DNA of 63,403 nucleotides, filler included, from Reclinomonas americana ATCC 50394 (taxonomy: Eukaryota): NCBI GenBank assembly GCA_048213135.1. It is 16 parts of 16 records of this genome, joined end to end, with 100 filler letters (N's around TTAATTAATTAA, not from the genome) between each part and the next. Parts side by side here need not be neighbours in the genome. Positions count along the whole stretch, not along the records: positions 41,956 to 55,967 come from AFZH01023080.1; positions 56,068 to 57,243 come from AFZH01023081.1; positions 57,344 to 58,543 come from AFZH01023082.1; positions 58,644 to 61,139 come from AFZH01023083.1; positions 61,240 to 63,403 come from AFZH01023085.1; 11 more parts are not named here. The stretch is one strand, 5' to 3'. Positions 48,501-63,403 of the stretch are shown one piece after another. The translations under genes were made by a program, and so were the position numbers. Position 1 is the first letter of the stretch. Each line of letters opens with the position of its first letter. The notes under the pieces are model-generated. The model ran no database searches, had not been told where the DNA came from, and was given only the letters and a program-made list of their open reading frames with translations.

Positions 48501-51130
48501 GTCACGAGTAGGTTTTGTCCATTGTACTATGGCTACCAACAACGCCATCCTGGCCGGAGGCGGCATGTACGTGTCTCAGTCAGCCAATGTCACATCGTCG
48601 GGAACCCAGTTCGTGAACAACGCAGCTGATACATCCGGCGGGCATGTGACTACGCAGGGACTGGGAACGTGGGTTGACGCGAGTAGCACGTTGCAAAGTG
48701 GTCGAGCGCTGCTGTGGGGAGGTGCACTGTACGCGGCAGGCAGCTCGCATACCATACTGCAGGGATCACGCCTGCTTGCCAACCGAGTTGACGGCGGTGG
48801 TGGCGGTGGCGTGTCGGCTGCGGAGACCGCGCAGGTGGCGATGACTGGAGTGACACTAGAGGGAAACCAGGCGCAGAACGGTGGTGGCGTGTACACGGAT
48901 AACAACCCGCAGCTGACTGTGTTGGACTCTCAACTGCTGAACAATACGGCAACGAATGTTGGTGGTGGGCTCTTTGCCGGCGGCTTCGCCAACCTCACCT
49001 TCTCGAACACTCGCTTTATTAGCAACACAGCCGAGCGTGGTGACGGTGGTGGAGCATCTGTGGTGGACACGACGGTGACATCTTTTGCTTTCACGACATT
49101 TGCTAATAATCTGTGCGGTGCACGAGGTGGCGGTTTGGCCGTCAACATCACCCAGCCATCTGCCGGGTCTGTCGGCGTGGTGTTGACTGGTGTGTCTATG
49201 TTTGGCAATCAGGCGGTGGCGCCATCCAATCAGCTCCACTTGGTGGGCGAGGGAGCTGGTGGCGGAGTGTTCTGGAATGGTAATGGCAATCCGTTCACAC
49301 TGGCCGAAGTGTCGCAGTCGTTCGCTGCCAGTGGCGGATGGTCTTCGTGGATGCAGCAACGGCAAGTAGGTGTGATTGACAATCTAGCAACCAACTCGTG
49401 GGCAAACGATGTCGGCAGCAGTTGCGTCGTGTGCATTAAATGAGCTATGTGTTCTGCTCTCTTATTCGGTGTTCTCGTGCAGCGCTGTACACTGTTGTGA
49501 TGAATTCAACCAGCGGCGTGCCATATCCATCGCCACAACAACCGCGAGTCGTTCAAGTGAACGCCACCGATGTATTCGGCCAGTTTATGCCCACGCTCGA
49601 CAACACGCCGTTCCACGTCAACTGCACTGGTTGCAGCTCAGCGGTGTGTGGTATGTTTGTCTCACTTTGTCCAAGTAGAGCCACACTAATAGTGTCATCT
49701 TCCTCACAGACTAGTTCTCAATCCGAATCGACAGTCGGTGGAACAGCAACGTTCCAGCTGACGATTGTCGAGCGCGGTGTGAATCCGACCCAAGGCGTTC
49801 GTCCCTCTCGTGCAAGTTTGAGCGACAGCAGTGATTTTGTCGACATCCGCGTATTCACCGGCTCGGGTGGTAGCTTTGTTGGTCCGCCACCTGAACTTTC
49901 ACTGCCGTTGGCAGCCTGTCCAGCGGGATACAATTATACGGATATCGGTTGTCAGCCGTGCCCTGCCGGCCAGTACGCACTGCCGACCTCCGCATTTAAT
50001 CAGACATGTGCACCGTGTCCAGCCGATGCTGACTGCCTCGGCGGGCCACAAATGACCATTCATTCGGAGTTCTGGACATTCCCAGTTGACGTTGACTGGC
50101 AGATCGAACGGGTCATTTCGGAGGGATGGACCGGCACGTTCGTGAATCCACCAGCCACTGTGGTGGCTTATTTGTGCCCGTATGATTACTGCGAACGTGG
50201 TGACACGAGGGTTGCCGTCGATGCCGACTATTGTAGCGAATGGACGAATCGTGCATCAGACTCGCCGCTGTGTGGAGCATGCAAGGTGCGTTAAAAGGAA
50301 AACGGGGTGGGACCTCGATTTCAGCCATCACAACGCAATACGCAGCGAGTGAAGATGGTTCCACTTTTGTTGCAATACCAGTGCCTGACACACATACACA
50401 CACACACACACACACGCACGGCGCAGGAGGGCTACTCTCAGTGGCAAGGAGTGTGTATTCCTTGCGCAGAGACATCTGGATGGGCGCGCCTGTGGACGTT
50501 TACAAAAATGATGGCAATTGTGCTGTCTGCTCACATATTTTCCCAGATAAGTGTTGGAGGAGGTGCGTATACCCTGTACTAAGCCGATCGTCATGGTGAA
50601 TAACACACGCAGTTTGCGTGTTCGCGGTACAGCCTCGGCCGAAATCATCATCTTCACCCTCCAGACCGCCACGCTGCTCTTTTATCCGAATGTGGAACTC
50701 ATCTCACTTAATCGGCTACTTACCTTTGTTGTGCCACGTATTACGAATGGCAGCTGTCCGTTCGACACTGATGCCGTGGGTGACATGCTGGCTCGTGTCG
50801 TGTCACCTTTTGTGTCACTGGCAACTCTGTGGGTGTATTTCGGTCTGCATTGCCTGCTTGCAAGAGCATTCGAGTGCTGCACCGAGCGAGGGTGTCTGCA
50901 CCTCCACAACTCGAGGGGTGAACGATGGCAGCGGTTTGTGGGATGGCTTGGACGCACTGCTTCTACACATCGGTATGTTATGACCACCGTGGTGCTCCTG
51001 CTCGGAGCGTACGAGGGCTTGGCGGAGACGGCCATCACGTTCTTCATATGTACGCCAGTTGGCGACAGCCATGTGGTGCTCCTTTCGCCCAGCATCGTGT
51101 GTTACCAGGGAATGTTGCGTGCAGTCCAGG

Positions 51131-51177
<47 letters not shown>

Positions 51178-52159
51178 GGTTCGCTTGCAATTGCTGATTG
51201 GTGTTCTGCAGGTGGCAGCGCTTGATTCCACTCTTCGCAGTGCTACTGGTTGTGGTTCTCAGTGTGCCAGTACTGGTGGTGTTGTGGACTGTTCGCCTGC
51301 GCCGACAAAAGAGGCTGCATGATGAGAAAGTGCGTGACTTCGAGGTGTGGCTGATGTGCTGGCGCTTTCTCATTTCTGTGGCAGACTCGTCAACGATTCG
51401 GTGTGCTTTATGGTCAGTTCCGATCTCCAGTCGTGTGGTATCAAGGTACGTAAAGCAATGTGAATGAGTGATGTGACAACCATTGTGGCATGTTGTAATG
51501 GGCCTATTGTTGTCGTCACTAGGCTATCAGCTCTGCCGACGCCTGGTCGTCCTCGCCGTGCTCTTCCCGCTCGCCGCCACTGGATCCATTGATATTCTCC
51601 CACTGGCGATGTGGGTGGTGTGTGTCGCCTTTCTCACAGTGCACCTCGCCGTCCGTGCGTATGATCTCCTCTTGTACAATGTGCTGGAGGTGAGTAGCGC
51701 ATTCGTTAAGTTTGGACACACATGCATTCTCATTGTGCGCTTGGCAGGCCATTGGTCTCGGCTCGCTGGTTGTCATCTCCACCGTGTTTGCATCGCAAGC
51801 GTCGACGCGTTTCAAGGTCGTCACGTGCATTGTGGTACTCTCGGTGGTCGGCGCAGTGTTGGTTGGGCCGGTGGTGCTCTCTGGCCTCAAAGCTGCGGTG
51901 GCATTCTGCCGACGTCGGCAGAGGCGAGGATCCGATGCTGCTGATGGTGTGTGAATGTCAGGCGGGTGGTGAAGCTCAATTCTCTTATACATCGCTTGCT
52001 GAGTATCGTACAGGTGGCATCGAGATGCAAGCAGATGTTGGACATCAAACTCAAGTCGTCGGCGACTCGACGCTCCATGCTCCGCTCTTGGAGGCTGCTC
52101 GAGAGGAAGATGAGAGATTGGAGGCCCGTGGTATGACCACTGGTGGTAGCGGAGTCTGA
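42504..52159 (+). CDS. Large surface membrane protein: signal peptide, PMP/pectin-lyase-like beta-helix repeats, Cys-rich (ephrin-receptor-like) segment, multi-pass TM C-terminus
   Basis: N-terminus MRDICRVLLVCTWAAVLLIAIATLPSTASA. Many GG(A/G)(V/I/L/M) and FxxN motifs. Cys-rich CPAGY...CQPCPAGQY...CAPCPADADCLGG and CPYDYC...C..NR..PLCGAC. Roughly 8-9 hydrophobic segments with FFICTP..SPSIVCY, RFGVLY..FR...WY, RRL and YNVLE. Many short GT-AG introns. Stop at 52157-52159. Confidence 0.82.
44700..46345 (+). repeat. Tandem ~400-bp exon-intron cassette (about 4.5 copies) within the beta-helix gene
   Basis: Repeated order: cag|accatcaccaactgcacattcacatc (TITNCTFTSN..GNGG), intron, gcgagtgcggacagcaat...ggcggtgtcatgctgatc (ASADSN..NGGGVMLI...TQ), intron. 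The introns are visibly homologous between copies. Confidence 0.88.
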
Positions 52160-52199
52160 ATAAGAGGCATTGACAGTAAACATTTGCTGAACCAGTACC

Positions 52200-54800
52200 A
52201 GTGCCCTTGGACTCACACTGCAGTATCACGCTACATGTGTAGGAGTGCACGCAATCTTTCGACCGCAGTCGCGACGCACTGGAGCCAGCGTAGGACAGTG
52301 GACAACAAGGATGCAACTGCGAGCGCACCTGCCGTCTGGGCGATGTGCCTTTAGTGTGAGGGCTTTCTAGCTTGTCCCCGTGCATACCACACACTTTGCA
52401 GGCTCCGTCCACACCACACGAGCACACTTTGTAGACAACGCGCTTCAGTGATCTGACAACAACGGCCATGTCGAAGAAGTGTCTTTGCTTGGCCCTACGA
52501 GAGGCAAAATAAGACGACACCACGACAGTAACGAGCCACCCACTGGTCCCCTCACCTCTGCCGGCGCCTTGGCCACCGCCAATTGCACAAAGAAAGCGTC
52601 GACTACATGCGCGTGCCAGAGATAGGCAAGCAGAGTGGAAGAAATAATAAACGAAACTTTCGCTGCGCTATACGCAGCGACACAATACTGTAGCCGACAA
52701 TGTAATGGCAAAAGTGCGCAAACATGGCTTCATCGGCATCCGCCACTTCGTCGGCATGCGCCACTTCATCGCTACGGAGAGGAACGGTAGCGTCGGAAAG
52801 CGCGATCTCGCTGGATTTTGGAGCCGCGCAGCACTACCGAGGAGGGTGGGTAGATGCTGCGACTGCACCATTAGCTGGAGTGCCGCGTCGCTCAGCTTAG
52901 CGTTGGCGAATGCCAGTGCTGGTGTTCGCCTTCCCCTTTGCATCTCCTGCGGCGGCGACAATGAGCACAGCTGCTTCACCAGAGCAGGTAGAATATGACA
53001 AAGAAAGCACACTCATAAGTACGACATGGCTTGGTCGGTGCAGTTCTTCCTCCTTTGATTCTCATTCCCTTTCCTTCTTTCACTGCATCGACTGCGGAAC
53101 AAAGCGAACATACAGCGGGCTAAGTGCCGGCAAGTTCCGCCTGAGTATTCTCTTGATCGGCCGCATGTACACATCCATGGTGTGCCGCTGCGTCGTCGAC
53201 CCTTGCCCGCGCGACGCCGACGCCGAGCCGGAACCAGAGCCTGCCACACAATTCGTCAGCTTCCACACTTTCAGCAGAACGAGTGTGATGAACGCACCAG
53301 ATCCATCCTCCTCCATGAGCTGTAGGTACATGTCGCGTATGTAGATCCACACCGTCATCAGCACCTCCACCACGTCCGCCGTCGTCAGCGACGGCAGCAG
53401 CTCGTCGACGTGGGAGAGAGGGTCCTTGAGAATTTGACCCTGTGGGCAGGGGAAGGTTCAGTGCATGGCAAGAGTGCGCGCTAGTTCTCACTCCTGTGTG
53501 TCTGCCTCAACCATCAAATGCAAGCTCGATACATATTTCACTGAGCACAGCATCACTCTCAAGTGCACGTGTTCACCGATTTGCTTGGTGCCTTCCCGAT
53601 TCTTCTATCTGCACTTGCTGGTTTCCCTCTCACTGTTGTTAAACCACTTGCTCACTCACTCACTTACAGGCAGCACAGCCTGCACAAACTGGAATCTCTC
53701 CCGCATCACAATTGCCGATAAGCCTGGTCCCTCACTCATAACTTGCACTCTCCGTCTCGAGTCACCACACATGTTGAACCACACAGTACTTGCTGCACCG
53801 ACTGCACTCTCACTCACACACACACATCAACGCTCTCGATCGATGAGCTTGCTCACTCACTCAAAACCAGCACACGCAGCATTTTCACCGCTCGAGTCGC
53901 ACTCTCCCTGTGGACACACCTCATCACTCTCCCTGTTGACACACCTCAGCGCCTCTGGATGTCCTGTGTGCTGCATTCCTTCATACTCACTCACACTCAC
54001 ACTCACTCACACAGTCACTGTGCTGACAGAAGCCTGCCCTCCTTCTTCTCCTTCTGTTGTTTGTTGTGAGAAAATGGGAGAGAGAGAGAGCGGGTGGACA
54101 CACATCACTCTCTCACAACCCGCAACGGCTGAATCTCCTCTCACTTCCTGCTTACTCGCTCACAATTTGCACTTCAGCATTCTCTCCCTCTCGAGTCGCC
54201 AACAATTGCTGAACCGCTTGCTTACTCACGAACTGCATACACTGCACAAGTTGCACTTGCCGCTCTCTCTCTCTCTCTCTCTTTCTATTTTTTCTCTTTC
54301 TCTCTCTCTCTCTCTCTCATTCTCAGTTCGTCACTGAATCGCTTGCTCGCTCACAAAATTCTTGCTGCACAATCTGCTCTCCCCTCTTGCCCCTTCTCTT
54401 CTCTCTCCCCTTGTCCTCCTTCTTGCCCCTCCTTCTTCCACCCCCCTCCCCTCGCCCCCTCTCCTCTCGCCCCCACCCACCCACCTTACTCAGCACCCCG
54501 AACAACGCCAACGTCGTCTCCAAATGCGGCGACTTGCTGGCCAACGCCTGCGGATTCTGCGCCCGCCAAATCCCAATCAAGTTGGCCAACAGAGTACCCA
54601 CCGTTGGCATGCACGAGACCCCGCATTGCAGATCTGACGACGAGTCAGACGACGGGACAACGAGGAGAGGTGGGATAGCAGTGCTCACTTTCAAACACCA
54701 GCTGCAGCACTCCAAACAGCAGCGGCGTGCTCGTCTGCACGGCATACACGTGGCAATCCCAGGCATTGGTCGACCGCCGCGGCAGCGTGCCATCGTACCT
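52200..54800 (-). CDS. Probable multi-exon gene of unknown function; weak SWIB/MDM2-like segment
   Basis: Splice-bounded exons such as GQILKDPLSHVDELLPSLTTADVVEVLMTVWIYIRDMYLQLMEEDG...KRILRRNLPALSPLYVRFVP and PTVGTLLANLIGIWRAQNPQALASKSPHLETTLALFG, with a Cys-rich 3' part. Boundaries and the domain call are uncertain. Confidence 0.35.
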
Positions 54801-55073
54801 GCAAGCAGAGATAGGGAGATTGCTGAGATTACTTCAAAGCTTGATTGCGTGAGTGTGCATCAACGCAACTGCGCAATGGTGGTCGGTGGATGCAGACTCT
54901 GCAGCGGTCGCAGCACCGCTCGACAGAGCGTCTCATACATCGCCACCCGCTCACCGCCACCACGTCCACATGCGATGCAGTCGGACAGCAGACCAAGGAA
55001 GAGTCGCTGGGCCTCGATTATTGAGCTTGCCAGTGACTGCAACATCAAAAGAAATGGAGAGAAAGGAGAATCA

Positions 55074-55527
55074 GCGGCAGAGAACAACAGTGAGCGGCAG
55101 AGAGCGAGAGAGTAAGCGGCAGAGAGCGAGAGAGTGAGCGGCAGAGAGCGAGAGAGTGAGCGGCAGAGAGCAAGAGAGTGAGCGGCAGAGAGCAAGAGAG
55201 TGAGCGGCAGAGAGCAAGAGAGTGAGCGGCAGAGAACGACAGTGAGCGGCAGAGAACGACAGTGAGCGGCAGAGAACGACAGTGAGCGGCAGAGAACGAG
55301 AGTGAGCGGCAGAGAACGAGAGTGAGCGGCAGAGAACGAGAGTGAGCGGCAGAGAACGAGAGTGAGCGGCAGAGAACGGCAGTGAGCGGCAGAGAACGAG
55401 AGTGAGCGGCAGAGAACGGCAGTGAGCGGCAGAGAACGGCAGTGAGCGGCAGAGAACGGCAGTGAGCGGCAGAGAACGAGAGTGAGCGGCAGAGAACGGC
55501 AGTGAGCGGCAGAGAACGACAGTGAGA
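55074..55527. repeat. 20-bp minisatellite (agtgagcggcagagaacgag/ac/gc), about 22 copies
   Basis: Directly visible. The leftmost copies are 22-bp variants. Confidence 0.95.
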
Positions 55528-56067
55528 AATAGTGGTCAAGGTACATCCTGATCCCTTGTACATCCCTTCCTTCCCCTGCTACCCTTCTCCGCTGCTCACC
55601 GGCGACAATCCATTCATCCGACCATTCGCGGGTGGCTGCGATGCAGGCAATGACACCACAGCTGCACCGAGACCACCAACAGGGAACAATCGCAATAGAG
55701 AGGTTTGCTCGCCATCGTCCTTGGCAGCAGCCCAGTTGCTGCTGCGCCCAGACGAGGATGATGTTGATTCTCGGTACTGTCCTCCACTGTTGTGCGAGAG
55801 TGAACAATAAGAACAAAATTGCAGGAACAAGCGCGGACTCGCAAACTCTCACTCGCTCACTCACTCACTCACTCTCGTTCCTTCTCACTCACTCATTCAC
55901 TCACTCCCTCTCGTTCCTTCTCTCTCAGTCACTCACTCACTCCCTCTCGTTCCTTCACACTCACTCANNNNNNNNNNNNNNNNNNNNNNNNNNNNNNNNN
56001 NNNNNNNNNNNTTAATTAATTAANNNNNNNNNNNNNNNNNNNNNNNNNNNNNNNNNNNNNNNNNNNN

Positions 56068-61130
<5,063 letters not shown>

Positions 61131-61266
61131 GAGGCAAAANNNNNNNNNNNNNNNNNNNNNNNNNNNNNNNNNNNNNNNNNNNNTTAATTAATTAANNNNN
61201 NNNNNNNNNNNNNNNNNNNNNNNNNNNNNNNNNNNNNNNCTCCTCCTCTCTCTCTCTTCCTCCTCC

Positions 61267-61304
<38 letters not shown>

Positions 61305-61599
61305 ACCTTGGGCACTTGTCAGCATCCCATGAGAGGCATGAGACCATTGCAGACAAACGCGCGCGCACAAATCGCGCACCAAAAAGGGAGGAAGAGAGAG
61401 AGCGCGCGTGAGTGTGTCTTGTATGCTTTCTCTCTCTGTGTGTGCCTCTCTCCTCCTCTCACTGCATCGAAAGGCGACTGACTGCGGCACCGAACACGAC
61501 GTCCTGTTGCGCGACTTCGAAGGCTTCTTTCCTGCAAGGAAGTTGGGTGACTTCGGCAATAGCAACTATAAGAACAAGGCATCGTAGGGAGGAAGCTTG

Positions 61600-62420
61600 T
61601 TGATTCAACTGGCGACATTGGAGTCGTGCGACGTCGGTAACTGAAATCGAAATGCTGGAAGGCTTTCTCCCTCCACCCGCCCTCTTCTTGCCAGCAAAGC
61701 AACTGCATAACTCAGAAGCATGCAACTAGGAGAACAAGGCAGCGTAGTGTGGAAGCTTGCAGATTCAAAAGGCGACGTTGGAGTCGTGCGACGTCGACGT
61801 CGGTAACTGAAATCGAAATGCCGGAAGGCTTCCTCTCTCCACGCACACCTGCACAAGTCGGAGACAGGCAACCACGAGAGGAAGGCAGCACATTGTAAAA
61901 GCGCGCTCCTTCATGTGCGACATCGGAGCTCACTGGAAACTGAAATCAAAGTGCCGGAAGGCTTTCTCCCTCCACGTACTCCCTCTTCTTGGCAGCCAAG
62001 CAACTGCAAATGTCGGAAGCAGGCAACTGCGAGAAGGAGGCAGCGTACTGCGATAGCGTGCTTCTTCAGAAGCGACGAGAGGTCATGCAACGTCGGCAAA
62101 CTGAAATCGAAATGCCGGAAGGCTTTCTTCCTCCACCCGTACCTGCGTGGCGACAACAGGGTCGCCTGCTGTGCCAGCTTGCTCCTGCAGAAGCGACATC
62201 GGTGCTCACTGGACACTGAAATTAAAATGCCGGAAGGTTGTCTCCCTTCACCCCGACCTGCAAATATCGAAAACATGCAACTACGAGAACAAAGCAGCAC
62301 GGCGAACGCTTTGCTCCATCAGAAGCGACGTCGGAGCTCATTGGAATCTGAAATCAATGCCGGATAACACGGTTACATGCTGTGGCAGCTTGCTCCTCCA
62401 GAAGCGACGTCGGAGCTCAA
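61600..62420. repeat. Degenerate, irregularly spaced repeat (about 6 cores)
   Basis: Core ctgaaatcgaaatgccggaaggctttctccctccac at ~61641, 61807, 61940, 62101, 62216 and (partial) 62348. Confidence 0.8.
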
Positions 62421-62789
62421 GCGACTTTGCAAAAAGCACAAAGGCTCTCTTACTCGCTAAACACCTCTCTGCTCGACTGCGCACATGATGCGTGACGGCG
62501 AACACCGACTGTGTCTCACACTCTCTGACGCCTGACTGCTCCTGCGTGCCCCATGCACGCAGTTGGTCCTTCTCTGTTTCTCCCTCCCTCCTCCCTCCAT
62601 TTTCCCTCCATTCTCCCTCCTTCTCTCTCCCCTTCTCCCCCCTCACCCTCATTCTCCCTCCTTCCCCCTCCATCCTCCCTCCTTCTCCCTCCCTCCTCTC
62701 TCTCCTTCTCCCTCCCTCCTCCCTCTCCCCTCCCTCCCTCCTCCCTTCTCCATAATCGTTCATTTTCTCACACACACCCCTTGCCATAT

Positions 62790-63049
62790 CTACCTTCCCG
62801 ACGACGCCGCCGCCAAGTGCGGCTCATCGCTCTCCAACGACGCCACAATCGCCCGAATGCGCTCCTCGTTGATGCGCGTCAGTCGCAGGATCTCGTCGCT
62901 CTTGCGATCGAGGCGCGTGAGTTGCTTCGAGTGCGTGGCGTCGAGCTCGGCCAGGCGCTTCTCCAGCGCGTCAAAGCGCACATTCATGTGTGAGCTGAGC
63001 TCGTTGAATTTGCCGTCGCTGTAGTCGACAAGTGAGCCCTCCAGGTCGT
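62790..63049 (-). CDS. Terminal exon encoding a coiled-coil segment (gene continues rightward)
   Basis: A polypyrimidine tract and CAG acceptor near 63050 are followed by DLEGSLVDYSDGKFNELSSHMNVRFDALEKRLAELDATHSKQLTRLDRKSDEILRLTRINEERIRAIVASLE...*. Confidence 0.55.
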
Positions 63050-63330
63050 CTGAGAAGGGGAAGGGAGGGGGGAAAGGAATAGAGAGTGATGAGAGCGACA
63101 GACGAAGATAGAGAGGGGTGAGGCCAGCTCACTCCTAGGCCACTTGTTTCTCATTTCCTCTTCCATGAACTCGCACAATCGCTTGCTTCTGCTGCTTTCC
63201 GCGTAAAACAGGTCTGTCACTCAACATTACTCTGATTCCTCATTTTTCCTCGCCAAACTCCAACCTCATCACGCTGTTGCGGCCCTCACTGTAATCACTG
63301 TATGTTCGCTTCTTCGCAGAATACAACATC

Positions 63331-63366
<36 letters not shown>

Positions 63367-63403
63367 GGAGGGAGGGAGGGAGGAGGAAGGAAGGAGAGAG
63401 AGA

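Noticed and set aside
54860..55864. 334-aa ORF with repeated SAAHCRSLPLT
   Set aside because: It is a translation of the 20-bp minisatellite.

Overview
Intron-rich eukaryotic (protist-like) scaffold, standard genetic code, with many GA/CA microsatellites. It has 15 artificial 100-bp gaps (N-run, TTAATTAATTAA, N-run), so contiguity across gaps is assumed. From left to right: the 3' part of an alpha-actinin-like gene (-); an orphan first exon of a TMEM260/DUF2723-like gene (+); a ~31-kb tandem array (7.1-38.2 kb, -) of five paralogous genes plus one remnant; a STAND/NB-ARC + TPR (NLR-like) gene with a frameshifting deletion (-); a ~9.6-kb gene for a large PMP-repeat beta-helix/Cys-rich/multi-TM surface protein (+); and several poorly characterisable multi-exon genes and satellites. 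The array genes encode apparently secreted proteins: signal peptide, a variable-length EGF/laminin-EGF stalk, and a 14-repeat Asp-box (BNR-like) head predicted to form two 7-bladed beta-propellers. The head is inserted between Cys7 and Cys8 of a laminin-type EGF module. It is encoded without internal introns, and paralogs differ mainly in loops predicted to form one propeller face. This array is the most interesting object and may be a diversified recognition repertoire sitting next to an NLR-like gene. All calls come from reading the sequence; no searches were run.
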